Part shown: positions 1-12,074 of the stretch, in pieces
Position numbering within the stretch: the stretch's first letter is position 1
How the letters are laid out: each line of letters opens with the position of its first letter
DNA from: Torpedo marmorata
Lineage: Eukaryota
Reading direction: 5' to 3'
Assembly: GCA_977017645.1 (NCBI GenBank)
Contig: OZ360236.1
Coordinates: forward strand, 44,826,001 to 44,890,000
Length of the DNA stretch: 64,000 nt
Program-made: the position numbers and the translations under genes
The notes under the pieces: generated by a model
Seen by the model: the letters and a program-made list of their open reading frames with translations, nothing else
Database searches by the model: none
What the model was told of the DNA's origin: nothing

Positions 1-1697
1 TTTACCATTATTTATGAAAATTAAAAAAGATTTAGAAAGTTGGAAGGATTTACCTATAACTTTAATAGGAAGGGTAAACTGTATTAAAATGAATGTCTTT
101 CCAAGACTTCAATATCTTTTTCAATCAATTCCTTACGAAATCTCTTCGAAATTCTTTAAGGAATTAAATTTAATTATTAGGAAGTTTTTGTGGAAAGGAA
201 AGTTGGCTAGAGTTGGTATGGAGAAGTTAACTTGGAATTATGAAATGGGTGGTTTACAACTTCCTAATTTTCAAAATTATTATAAAGCAGCTCAATTAAA
301 ATTTGTTAATGAAATGTTTGATTTAGGTAAGTCTTCTGCTTGGATTAGAATAGAACTAAATAATATAGGAGAAGATTTGAAAGCAGAAGTTATTTATAAA
401 TGGAATTCTAAATTATTATTAACAAGAGGGAAGAATTCTCCTATTTTTAAACATTTGTTAGAAATATGGAATAGAGTGGATTGGGAGATAGGAGGGAAAG
501 GGTCGATTTCTCGAAAAATGCCTTTATATCAAAATAAACTTATTCCTTTTACTGTTGATAATCAATTATTTAAAATTTAGTTCCAAAAGGGAATTAAGAA
601 AATAAATGATTGTTATTACTATTCAAAGAATGAAAGATAAGTTTAATGTATTGAATAATACACTTTTTGATTATTATCAAATTAGAGCATTTTTAGTTGG
701 GAAGTTAGGTTATAGTTTGATTCTACCAGGACAGATTGAACTGGAATTATTAGTTACTAATGGAGGTGTAAATAAATTTATTTCTCAAATGTATAGATTG
801 TTACAGAGAAAAATGCCTAAATCAGGAATTCCAAATCAAGATTAAAATGGGAATTAAATTTGAATGTAACAATAGATGAGGAACATTGGAAATAATTATG
901 TAAACTAAGTATGACCAAGATTATTAACTTTAGATATAGATTCGTCCAATATAATTTCTTTCATCAATTATATTTAACGCCTAAAAATTTAAAGAAATTT
1001 AATTCGACATTATCAGGTTTATGTTTTAGATGTAATAGAGAGGAAGGTTCTTTTGTACATTCTACATGGTTTTGTCCAAAGATATATGATTTTTGGTTGA
1101 AAGTTAAAAACATCTTAGATAAAGTATTGAATATTACACTTCCAAAGGACCCTATGATATTTTTGTTTGGAGATATTAAAAGAATTAGTATTAAAATGAA
1201 ATTAAATATGTATCAAATAGAATTTTTTCGAATTGCTTTAGCTGTTTCTAAGAAATGCATTGCTATTACTTGGAAATCTGATGTAGATTTAGGGTTAGAA
1301 AGATGGCATGCAGAACTTCGTTCATGTATACCACTTGAAAAAATTACTTATAATTTACGTAATAAATATCATTTCTTTTTGAAAGTATGGAGCCCATATA
1401 TAAAAACTGTTGTTTTAAGGATTTGAACATCTCTGGATATCAGATCTGACTGGCGAACCTATCTTCCACAATAAAATCAGTTTATAGTTGTTCTTTTTTA
1501 GATTGACATTCTCCTTACTCTATCTTTTTCTTTCTTTCTTTCTTTTTTATTTTATTAGATTAGTAGGTGCGGAAGGGTTAGGGAGGGGAGGGAGAGAGGG
1601 GGGGGTGAAAATGTATCACATGTATTTTGATAATTTTATATTTTACTTTATGTATTTTGTGATTTAAAAATTTTAAATAAAATATTTTTTTAAAAAA
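1..1697 (+). mobile_element. L1-clade LINE, family A, 3' portion (ORF2 C-terminus, 3'UTR, short A tail); continues left of the window
   Basis: ORFs 14-580, 606-845 and 911-1426 give the L1 ORF2 C-terminal half (GRVNCIKMNVFPR, GGLQLPNF, zinc-knuckle region CFRC..H..W.C). A G-rich 3'UTR tract and AATAAA-ATATTTTTTT-AAAAAA follow. Closely similar to the copies at 14.7k, 21.6k and 47.1k. Confidence 0.93.
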
Positions 1698-2966
1698 GAG
1701 AAATGCATAGCTACTTACTGTTGCATCCCCGTTCTTGGTCTTGATATGTACAGGCACTATTGAAAGTTTGCAGTTATCCACACTGGCCCCAGTAAGACCA
1801 CTTGTCAGAACTAAGACTGTAACACTGTTTTCTGATGTTTCCTTTGTTTCTGTTTGCTCCTTTTCCAATTCCTTGTTTCTTTGATGGCTATGCAGTATGC
1901 TAGGATGCTTCAAATTGCATATGTTACAGTTAAGTCGCTTCTCGCAGTTTTTACTGATGTGCCCTTTACACAGACAGCTAAAACATACTCCATTTTCCTT
2001 TAAGAAAGCGATCTTCTCATTATGTTCCTTCTTTTCCAACCGTAAACACATTTCCAAAGCATGTCCACCTTTAAAGAACAAACAACTCTTCTCATTAGGA
2101 AAACTTTCCTTTTCCTTAGTTACTTTAACTTTTTCTTTATTTATAACTGACACAGTAGTAGCAAAGGTACTCCCTTTTAATTTTGGACTAGGCTGTGAGT
2201 TAGACCTCCTGACATCTTTGTTCCTCATTGAAGTGTCTCTGGTATTTCCATATATTGGATCTGTTTTAGTATACATCTGCCGTTCAAGGAAATCTACCAA
2301 ATCCCTTAAGGTAGCTCTTTGATCATATTTTTTCTGGAAATCACAAGCCAAATTTTTCCATCTATCCCACATCCGGTAGGGTAATTTATCTAAGATTATT
2401 CGCATATTACCAGGCACATCAAGCTCACGAATATTATCGATATCTTCCATGGCATAACAACATCCTCTTAAAAAGAGAGTGTATACTTGTAGAGCTTTTA
2501 CATCATTCAGCTTTATTGATGACCATTTAAAATCTTTATCCATATAAGCTAAAGCAATTTGATGCTTGTAGCCAAAATGCTGTTCTGGTAAAGACTTAGC
2601 TCTGTCTAATCCTCTATCCGAGGACATATGTTTACAACTCTTTACAAGTTCCCTTGGCTGTCCTTCTGTGAACATTTCCAAATAATAAAGACATTCTTCA
2701 GGGTCTTGGCATTTATTTTCAATATTGCGTCTAAAAGATCTCATGAACGCTTGGTACTGAAGTGTGTCACAATCAAAAGCTTGTATCTCTTTCTTGGGAA
2801 AAGAAGAGAGAGACTGTAGCTGGATCAATGATGCAGCGATTTCATTTTGTCTTACCATGGATGATAGTACGTTGCTCTGTTCACCGCCTCTTGTAACAAG
2901 TAATATATCTTGAAACCTCACTGGTGTTGGTTCTCCCATATTTCTAATGCTTGACTCGAATGCCAA
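1698..2966 (-). pseudogene. BEL/Pao Gag C-terminal half and truncated aspartic protease
   Basis: The 462-aa ORF is BEL-like up to YAFL; its last ~40 aa are read-through into the antisense L1 3'UTR. Confidence 0.8.
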
Positions 2967-4130
2967 GGAAGTTTCAGTGTTTGACCAAACCCAAGCCGCA
3001 GCTTTATCTGCCAGATGTTACCACTGGTACATGTTTATTGATAACACGATGCTCTGAGAGAATTTGTCCTGTTTTTTGCATGTCTTGTACCCGTGGTACT
3101 AAAATATCTACCTTTTTGGCTGGTTTCCTTTCCTGTGGCTCTTTTTTAAAATATGACTTCTTGTCATCATATACTTTAGATAATTTATTCCGAACACCAG
3201 ATACCATTGAGCCTTCTAGTACCTCTATTCTGGCCATGGTAATAGCAATGTTTGCTTCCAGCTCTTGCTGCTCCTTTCTCTGCCTTAGCTGCTCCTTACT
3301 CTGCCTTAGCTGCTCTTCCAAAACATTATTATCCTTAAGTGAATTTTGTCGTGCAAGAAGAGCGGCCAATTCAGCTTTAATCATTGTACGTGACGATGCA
3401 GAGCTTGAACTATGAGAAACTCTGGTGCTTAAACCAGAAGAACTTTGTTTGCTTCTCCTGCTTTCAACATTTGACACACTGTCACTTGATTGTATTTTGT
3501 CCTGCAGGTCAGATGTTGTCTTCTTACTTACCTCTTTCTCCAATTTGAATTGTACATCCTTTGCACCTTCATCCTCTTAATTTTCTTAATCTTTTTCATT
3601 TTCTTCATCACCATTTGGTGACACATCTTCAACCATTTCCACGTTGCTGTCTTCATGTTCAGTCGTTGTCTTCTGCACTGGTTTTGCAATGTCTTCATTC
3701 CCATCAACCGAATTTGTGGCTTCTTCCACCGCCAGCTTCAGTCTTGCAATGAGAACACTTTTATTTCCACTTGTATCTAGTTTCCTTCACCTCAATTCTT
3801 CTTTGAGATCCGCAACCTTCATGTCTTAAATACGTTGCTCCTCAACAGCAACGTCAGCAGCTGCTGCAGCCATTTTACTCGTCTTGTACCACCGTCCATC
3901 GAGCATGCACAACACAAGCCAAATCAACAGTCCCCAATGGACTAGTGGCAGCAAAATCCAAACTGTGTTCAAACTTGCCAAAGATACACAGAAGGATTCC
4001 ACAGATTTATGCCTACCACTTCAGATGGCTGTAATGTGCTGCTATTAACAAACGAGTTTCCACCACAACATCCATCAATAATATCACTGATTTTCAAGAA
4101 ATGGCTCCACTAATGTGTTTATAAGACACT
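1698..4130 (-). mobile_element. BEL/Pao LTR retrotransposon remnant (gag and start of protease), interrupted by the L1
   Basis: ORFs 3004-3543 and 1578-2966 contain FDCDTLQYQAFMRSF, three BEL-type Cys/His knuckles (CLFFKGGHALEMC, CFSCLCKGHISKNC, CNICNLKHPSILH) and the protease start IVPVHIK..SYAFL. The 5' boundary and LTR are uncertain. Confidence 0.85.
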
Positions 4131-4811
4131 TTACTATAAGATTAGAAGCTCTGAATCCCTCTCTGGCTGTTACTCATGGCAGATGGATATGGATTTCGAA
4201 CTGACCCTAACTCAAGCATTTCCAAGATGGCCGCCATTTTAATTTAAATATCAATCCAAAGCACAGAGAGATTATTTTCTATCTTCTATCCTTCAATTTT
4301 CTGTTCCAATCAATAAAAAAAATTTGGTGACTAAATTGTAGCGACTTCGATCCAATTAATAGTCGCTTGGAGGCGAGGTGAGACATTTGTTCGTGACGGG
4401 TTTCAATTAATTTATCTCCAAGTCCAATAGGTTGTAGCCACATGCACCTAAATATACAGATAATGTTTTCTCTTTGTTCAATCACCGTATTCAGAGCATA
4501 TGATGTCAAAACAAAGATCAAACTGATTTAATATGACAAATCCTGCATCTGATGACAGCATATGAAGATTTGGAAAATAAATGACAAAAGAATCAAGCTA
4601 CTATATTTAGCAAATAAATTTTTGAATATGTGATGAAGCCCCAAGTTCTTATCCCTACAGCATGACAGGTATGTAATTTGTTGGGAAGTGCTGGCAAATC
4701 CACTCAGAATTACCAGCACTTGCCTTGTGATTTGCCACCAGGATCAATAGTTTTTATAGGCTTTGCTGCTGGTTTGGCTGAGGGATTGTTTATCTGGTTG
4801 TCAGTTATTTT

Positions 4812-5160
4812 CCTTTCTAAAATATTTTTATTGAGTTTAACATATATCATACATACATTATTTGTAATAAACAGATAACAAATCTATTCATATACATGTA
4901 AAATAACATATTAGAACTACATAGAACTATATAAACCAAAGTTAAATTCTGTTTGATTTAAAATAAACAGTAACAGACATAGTTAAACCCATTTCCTAAT
5001 TACTCAAAAAAAGGATAAAAAGAAAGTAAAAAAGAAAAAAAAAAGTCAACAAAAAAACAAAAAACTAACCTAAATCAATGTTATTTTCAATTACTTCATT
5101 GAGAGTACTTATTCTACGTCCATCCACCATTCACTCTGGAAAGAAATAGAATCATTAACC
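4812..5160 (-). mobile_element. Short L1-type 3'UTR fragment
   Basis: The reverse complement ends AATAAAAATATTTTAGAAAGGAAA, like the family C tail, after an AT-rich UTR. Confidence 0.5.
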
Positions 5161-5304
5161 ACTATTTGTCTGGCTTGATGTGGTGGGGGTGGGAGCTTGT
5201 AAAAGGGTATAGGATGATGAAGTGTGTCTAGGTAACTGGACATAATGGAATTTTCAACTTCCACAGCTCATTAAAAAGCTGGTACAGAATTGAAGGCTGC
5301 TGTC

Positions 5305-6000
5305 AATTTCAAGTTTACTGTCACATGTATAATGCTCTGATAGAGGTTGTGTTGAGAGTAGACCAGAGGACATCTCATATATAGTACAACAAAGAAGACA
5401 AAGTACAGAAGTATAGAGTTACACAGAGAGATCAATTGGTATAGAGCAAAGACAACAACATTTTATTATTCTGGGGTTTATTCAGGAGTCTGATAATGGT
5501 TGGAAAGAAACTATCCTCGAATCTGATGGTGCATGATCTCATACTTGTGAAACGTCTTCCTGACAGGAAGTGGACGAATAGAATGTGGCCGGGATGGGAT
5601 GGGTCTCTTAATATATTGACCACTTTTCCAAGGCAGTGGGAGTTATAGATGGAGTTAGTTCAGGAGAGGAGGGTATGTATGATGGGCTGAGCCACATTCA
5701 GAACCCTCTTTAGTTTCTTGAGTCCACAGACTCAAAGCAGTCGCTGAGAATGTCATCGGTTTCCTGAAACTAGCGATGAACAACTTTTACCACCAGGTCC
5801 TCACCTCAGCTTCTACTTGTAGGAAGGTCAGAGTAGCATTGACTTGTGGTCTGATTTGTGGAAGTGCAGTAGGCATCTTTGATAGATGTGTAGCAGTGGT
5901 CAATTGTACCAAGTAAGATGTAGAAACTATAGATTTGATCCCACCAATGGTCTTGAATTTTGGGTGTATGGGCAAATAGAATGACCTTGATATCTAAGGA
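5305..6000 (-). mobile_element. Degenerate Rex1/Babar LINE fragments
   Basis: ORF 5432-5623 (ILRDPSHPGH..SGRRF..DSFFPTIIRLLN) is the Rex1 RT C-terminus. ORF 5806-6033 (TIDHCYTSIKDAY) is the endonuclease C-terminal motif. Confidence 0.75.
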
Positions 6001-6972
6001 ATAAATTCTGGGCAGTTCTTGTGGGGATGCCAAGGGTGAAATAACTTACATTGCATTGGAGGCTATTTGGGCCAACTCCTGTAAGTGGTGTAAAACGTGT
6101 CCCCTGTTTTCCTCAACTATCCTTGGATGTTCTTCCTTTTCAAGTGCATATCCAAAAAGAACCATTGAACATGGTTTCAATAGCCTATCAGTATCTCATT
6201 GAATTTATAACTCACAATTTATTTTGAGAATTCAGCAGAAGAATCGAGGAAATAAAGTAGAAAATTAAATCACAGAGGAGTAAGAGCCAAGAACTACAAT
6301 TAGAAGTTAATTATTATTGATTCGTTTTAATATTTTGCATTATAATCATATTCAACACCACTCCCTAAATGTAGTTGTATGGAGCTCAAAGCACATTGGT
6401 AAATTCCGAATGTAAATCAGCATAATCCAACTGGAATGGTGGATCTAGGCAATTAACTTCAAATGTGAAAGCAAAGGTTGACCTAGCTGATCATGAGATA
6501 TTTCAACAGTAGGCAAATGATTTCTTTTTAAAAAAAAAATTATTTAAAAATTTTAATCACACATTTTAATCATACATGTTTACAAAATTCAAAATTATCA
6601 AAATACATGTGATATATTTTCACCCTCCCCTCCCTCCTTTCCCCCTCCCTAACCCACCCACCCCTACTACTCTAATAAAATAGAGAGAAAAGAAAAAAAA
6701 AAGAATAAAATGTGGAGAATGTCAATCTAAAAGAAAAAACAACTACATTAATTTTATTGTGGAACACAGGTTCGCCAGTCAGACATGGTATCAAGAGATC
6801 TTCAAATCTTTAAACCCACAGTTTTTGTATATGGGCTCCATACCTTCAAAAAGAAATGACGTAGGTTGGAGACGTAGGAATACACCTCTCCCTACAGAAC
6901 TAATTAAAAACTGTAAAAGAAAAACTTTATTTGGTTATTAAAAAGTTAAGATCATTTATTAATGATTGAAGA

Positions 6973-8451
6973 ATGACTACAAGAAAAGGGAAGGAGCAAA
7001 AGTCAAAGAAAATAGTTCTTAAAGAAAGTTTAATCCAAAAAGAAGATCGGCCTACCTTAGCGATGGAGCCTCGGGATCAAATTCCTCTCCCTCTCAGGAG
7101 GATGCAGACAAGGACGGTCAAGGTAATCACAGCATCAGCACCGTCCTCCCGGGGAGCTGGGGAAGATGGAGCTGGAGCTGGAAGGAAGACTGGAGAACTA
7201 CAAAAGGAGAATGAACAACTGCGAATGCGCGAAATGGCGCGCATGCACGAAAAGCAACAGGAGCTGTCAACGTTAAAGAAGAATCTATCATTCTATCCAA
7301 TATAATGTTGGAGAAGAACTGTCATCATCAAGGGATTCAGAAGATAAAGGGAGAAAGAAGAAAACATATGAAAAAATGGAGAGAGAACTAGAAGAGATGG
7401 AGGGAGAGGAAAGAGAAATAAGTGGAGGAGAGGAAACTCAGTTATTTCAAGGTAAACAAGAAATATCAGCTACTCTTATTCAAGCTATAAATAACTTAAC
7501 AGAACAAGTGTCTACAATGAATCAATGTATGGAATATGGATTCATAGCTATAGATAGTAATTTTACTAAGTTTAAGGAAGAAATGAAAGACATTAAACAT
7601 AATATGAAAAAATGTGCAACTGCTGTGGATAAAGTAACACTGAAAGTCCAGAAAGTTGAAAATGAGGTTAAAGAATGTCGTGAAGAAATGGTGGACTGTA
7701 AAGATATAGTGGACAAAATGGAAAATTCATTTACAGGCTGGGAACAACAAAGAAATGAACTTTTACAAAAAATAGATACATTGGAGAATTATAGTCGGAG
7801 AAATAATGTTAAAATTGTGGGATTGCCCGAAGATTATGAAGGGATAAATTCAACTGAATTCTTTCAAAATTGGATTCCAAAAGCTTTGGGTAGTGAAAAG
7901 TTTGCAAATGGACTTGAATTAGATAGAGCTCATAGAGATAACAGAAGGAAACCATATCCTGGACAAATATCACGCTCAGTGTTAATTAGGTGTCTTCGTT
8001 ACCAGGATAAAGAGAAGATATTGAGATTAGCTGTTCAAAATGCTAGAAAGAAACAAGGTCTATTGATGATCAATAAAAACAGGGTATTTTTTATGCCGAT
8101 TTAAGCGCAGCAATAATTAAAAAACAAAAAGAATTTAACCCAGCCAAAGCAATTTTTTGGAACAAAAGATATAAATTTTCATTTAGATATCCTGCGATAT
8201 TGAAGGTACAGTCTGGAGAGACTCAGTCATCTTTTTTTACTGACCATCAAGAAGCTTTGAAGTATGCTAATTCACTCCTAAATTTAAAGAAAGATCAAGA
8301 TCTGATTGGGCAATCTCAAGCTATTATGGAACCGACTCAGGACTTATTACGATTAACAGAGAAACTTCAAGTAACTTCAGGACAAGAAGATGTGGCCGAA
8401 ATAGATGATGATCAAGTTAACAGAGATCTTGAAAATGCTGGACTGGGATGA
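6973..8451 (+). pseudogene. L1 ORF1p (coiled coil, RRM/CTD, Transposase_22-like), frameshifted
   Basis: ORFs 6973-7305, 7376-8104 and 8200-8451, with motifs LENYSRRNNVKIVGLPE, LELDRAHR and RSVLIRCLRYQDKEKIL. Confidence 0.88.
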
Positions 8452-8755
8452 AGAAACGATAACAAATGTTATGTAAAATCTGTTTGGTGGGGGTGGACTT
8501 TTTGTCTTCTCCGTACCTAACCACACATCACCTTAGTGGTGAGGGCCACTTCCTGAACAGTAGAGGGCGGTAGTACCGGTATAAATATACCAGTATTGTT
8601 TTTTTTATTATTAATTTTTTTAAAAAAATATAGTGGGTTTTTTTACTTTTTTATTTCTTCCTTTTCTTTCTTTTCTAAGGAGATGTCAAATATATTACAA
8701 ATGTGGAAGGGGGAACTGGTCGGACAGATAGAGAGAGACTTATTAAATATTAGAA

Positions 8756-9117
8756 ATGGTGGATAGTAAATCAATAAATGTAGTAAGTATTAATATAAAT
8801 GGGCTAAATAATCCAATTAAAAGGAAGAAAACTTTAGCATATATTAAAAAATTAAAAGTTGATATAGATTTTTTACAAGAGACACATTTGACAGAAATAG
8901 AACATCAGAAGTTGAAAAGAAAATGGGTTGGTCAAGTGGTAGCGTCTTCATTTAATTCTAAAGCAAAAGGAGTTGCTATATTAATTAATAAAAAGTTACC
9001 TTTTAAAATACAATCTGTGGTTATAGATGTTGCAGGAAGATTTGTCTTAATAAATTGTCAAATATATTCAGAAATGTAGACACTTATGAATATATATGTG
9101 CCAGATATGGAAGGTGG
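8756..9117 (+). pseudogene. L1 ORF2 APE endonuclease N-terminal fragment
   Basis: Motifs SININGLNNPIKRKK, FLQETHL, SKAKGVAILI and AGRFVLI. Confidence 0.9.
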
Positions 9118-9859
9118 GGCAAATGATTTCTTGAAACATCCTCTATGGGTAAAATAAACCTTCAAACTGTGTATGTATGACGGATATCAATTAACATGAG
9201 ACAATGCTGTGTAAGTTGGCTCATGCGGTTCAATGATAATAACAGAGTGATCTGTCTTATTGTGAGTTTAGAAAATTCAGGGCTCGATATTAAACAAATG
9301 ATGCGTAAACACATCAAGCAGCAAATCTGAATCCCCCCATTTGTACACATCTGTCTGCTGGATGATTTATTCATGATGGAAGTGACAAACTATTCCATAA
9401 AGCCATGACATATACTTTCATTTTCTTTAACTTAAGTCTGCAACATTAGTGATGAATGAGCATACACTGGATGAAAGCTGACATTCAGAGTGGTGTATGC
9501 AGTGCATTGAGTTGTGCAATTCATTGTGGCTGTCTACCTTGGGTTGCCCATGCAGCTGATTTACCAGCAGTTAACCAGCAAGAGATTCAGGTGGAAAATA
9601 ATAAAGAGGTATCTGCATCCAGGTGAAGAGCACATGGCTTCAGCCTCCTTCTCTGCCTTATTTCCAACAAAGGTTATTACAATTACAATGAAGTAACATT
9701 GACCTGAACTGGCACTTCCTGAACATTGTTATGGAATGTGTAGGTGAACAGACATGTTTTGTTTCAATCGTTAAACCTCTACAGTTAGGAAAAAAAAGCT
9801 ACAGAACAATAAGAATTGGACTAGTGCCATAATTTGAGGGATCAAAATGAGTAATTATT

Positions 9860-10620
9860 TTTTGGAATGTTTTGGATGATGATTAGACCTAAATGTTAAG
9901 GCAAATGTATTCCTCACTATTCTGGGCTCTGCACAAGTCTGGTTGTACCAAAGATATTGGTGGATTTGTGTTACACGGTATGTGTACTGAGCCAGTGACA
10001 AAGTATTTTAAGCCCGAACCAAATCTCACTGCAGAACATTTCAAATTTCACTCTCAGAATTGAGAGGAAGGGGAAGGTCATGCTGATGAAGTCATTGCAT
10101 TGAATCATCTGGCATGAAACATTTGATGCCCTCCGAGATTAGTTTGTCGGTAGTTTTTGAGGAAAGATGATCAAAAATGGCTGTTGTCAAAAGCAGATTT
10201 ACTCTTTTAATTTAGGCTGCGTTATAGCACTGGATTTGGAACTTTTCTGTAAGGATATAAAGATGCAAATGGAAGTGCTGATCAAAGAGTTTACGCTGCA
10301 ACTGGAAGCAATAGGAGTGCCAAAATGTGAAGTGGACCTTCTCCATTTCATCAACAAACACAGGAACCGCAGAAGCATGATCTGCAATGATTGCCACATG
10401 AGACAACAGGCTCTGTTATGGTGGATACTACCAACAAAGATCCTGTAGATTTTGTCAGGAAAAGTGGAAAATGAAGTTACTTGCAGGGAGAATGCACTGT
10501 TCATGCACAGTATATGATTGACACACAAGAGGATGCTGAACCAGAGGAAGAGCAATTTGCATTATGAACTATCTACACAAGAAAGTGAAGATAGAACTTA
10601 CCTCCAGATCAATTTGGCAG
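9860..10620 (+). mobile_element. Highly degenerate Gypsy (Mag-like) gag remnant
   Basis: Manual translation across stops gives KANVFLTILG, KYFKPEPNLTAEHFKFHSQN*EEGE and ALRD*FVG, resembling the HF.PKP..IAERF.F..R.Q.EGE / LRDR.VCG gag motifs. Confidence 0.55.
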
Positions 10621-10699
10621 AAACATCATTCAGCATGCAGCTGGAGACCAGGACATCTGCATATCTTGTGACGGATCACATCAACAAGAAGCTTCTGAT

Positions 10700-11860
10700 G
10701 GGGAGACATAAGAAATTGGAGATGGTGGAATCTGGAGTAAAAAACGACCTGCTGTAGGTAGTCAGTGTTCCATCTGTTACAAAATCAAACCAGCAACGAC
10801 AGAAGACGCAATGCAAAAGGGGTAAAATTGAAATTTATATTTATTAAAGACAATTAAACATGTAATTTCACAACAATTAACCCCACTATAAACGTCTATA
10901 AACACTATTCTTATCTAAAAGGTGTGTGTGTGTAAAGCCCAACCCTCATGTAAAAATGGAAATATTTTCCCCAAAAACCCCAGGTCAGTCATAAAAACAA
11001 GTCAGTCAAAAAAATAATAATACAGTCCACAAAATTTCACTCTCTATGTTCAGGGTCCAAATTCAGCTCTGTGTGATGGCAAGAAGGACTTCTTAATGAA
11101 CGTTGGAGAGAGACAATGACTGTTTATGCTTATGAATACTTGGCTTGCTTTTCTTCTCTGATGACTTTCCCTTCTTGTGTTTTCACAAGGATTGCGAATT
11201 CAGATCCGTTTTGGATTAAGGCGTATACTTGGATTTCACAGCCGGTTCCTCACAAAAGCTGTTCTCACAACTCAAGATTCTGCCGAATCATCAGGCCTTG
11301 TTTTTCTCCCTGCCGTTTTCCCTGGGATGCACAAGCCTGGACTTTTCTGATTCAAGAGACTCTGTGCTATTCTCCCAACTTCTTCTCTGGGATGCACAAG
11401 CCTGGATCCTACTGAGTTCTCCCGCCTTTGCAACTCCAAAACTGCCACTGATTTAGTTTTCCACTTCAGGCCTCACAGTAGAGAGAGAGTTTCTCTCCAG
11501 CCTTCTACTTCCAAAGTTTCACACCAAGATATTTCCACAGTTTGTCTCCCCCTGATGTCTCTCTCTGGTAAATACAAAAAGTCCTGGGCAAGTTAACTCT
11601 TTCAATACCAGGTCCCAGTGTGTACTCCAAAAAAACTTCATCCTTCCTGCTTACCGTCCGCAGTCCAAGTTGTCAGTCATGGTCCATAACACATCTGTTG
11701 GGGTGGGGGGGTGGGGGTGGGGGTTGGTGGCAGGGGGGGAGGAAAGAAAAGAATAACATTCAGTCTAGACCTCTAGATGAATGCTTTTGATCTGAAACAT
11801 CAATGTTCTCTCCACTGATGCTGCTCAATCCACTGAGTTGGTCCAGCAGATTGTTTAAGC
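10700..11860. repeat. Degenerate Penelope-type terminal repeats in inverted arrangement, split by a solo LTR
   Basis: GATGGTGGAATCTGGAG..CTGCTG..CATCTG (10717-10774, resuming at 11692) and a reverse-orientation copy GATGAA..GAAACATC..GATGCTGCTC..CTGAGTT..CCAGCA (11777-11855). Both match the repeats at 52.4-53.5k. Confidence 0.55.
10775..11691 (-). mobile_element. Solo LTR (917 bp) of the Gmr1-type Gypsy family
   Basis: TGTTA...TAACA termini, 4-bp TSD CATC (10771-10774 and 11692-11695), and homology to the LTRs at 29009 and 33911. Confidence 0.93.
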
Positions 11861-12074
11861 TTCTAAAATAGCCTTGCAGCCATTCCACATTCAGTACTTA
11901 TGATATCCAGGAGACTGAATTCTTGTTGTGGGAGAGATTCAAGTTCAGAGAGCCAATGGGGTGGTAATTAGATACTATCCCTGGTTTTGTAAAGGAGGAG
12001 AGGGGGGGGGCGACATCCCATTATTATTGAGGTGAAACTGGCTCAAATTGAACTGGGTACATTTCTTTATCTTG

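Larger units (their letters stand above)
6527..9117. mobile_element. Single L1 family A insertion with 5' inversion: 3' end on - (6527-6859) joined to 5'UTR/ORF1/ORF2 start on + (6860-9117)
   Basis: A perfect 15-bp TSD GGCAAATGATTTCTT at 6512-6526 and 9118-9132 flanks both segments. Confidence 0.88.

Noticed and set aside
1897-3415. Plus-strand ORFs 1897-2322 and 2951-3415
   Set aside because: Antisense shadows of the BEL gag frame with no independent motifs.
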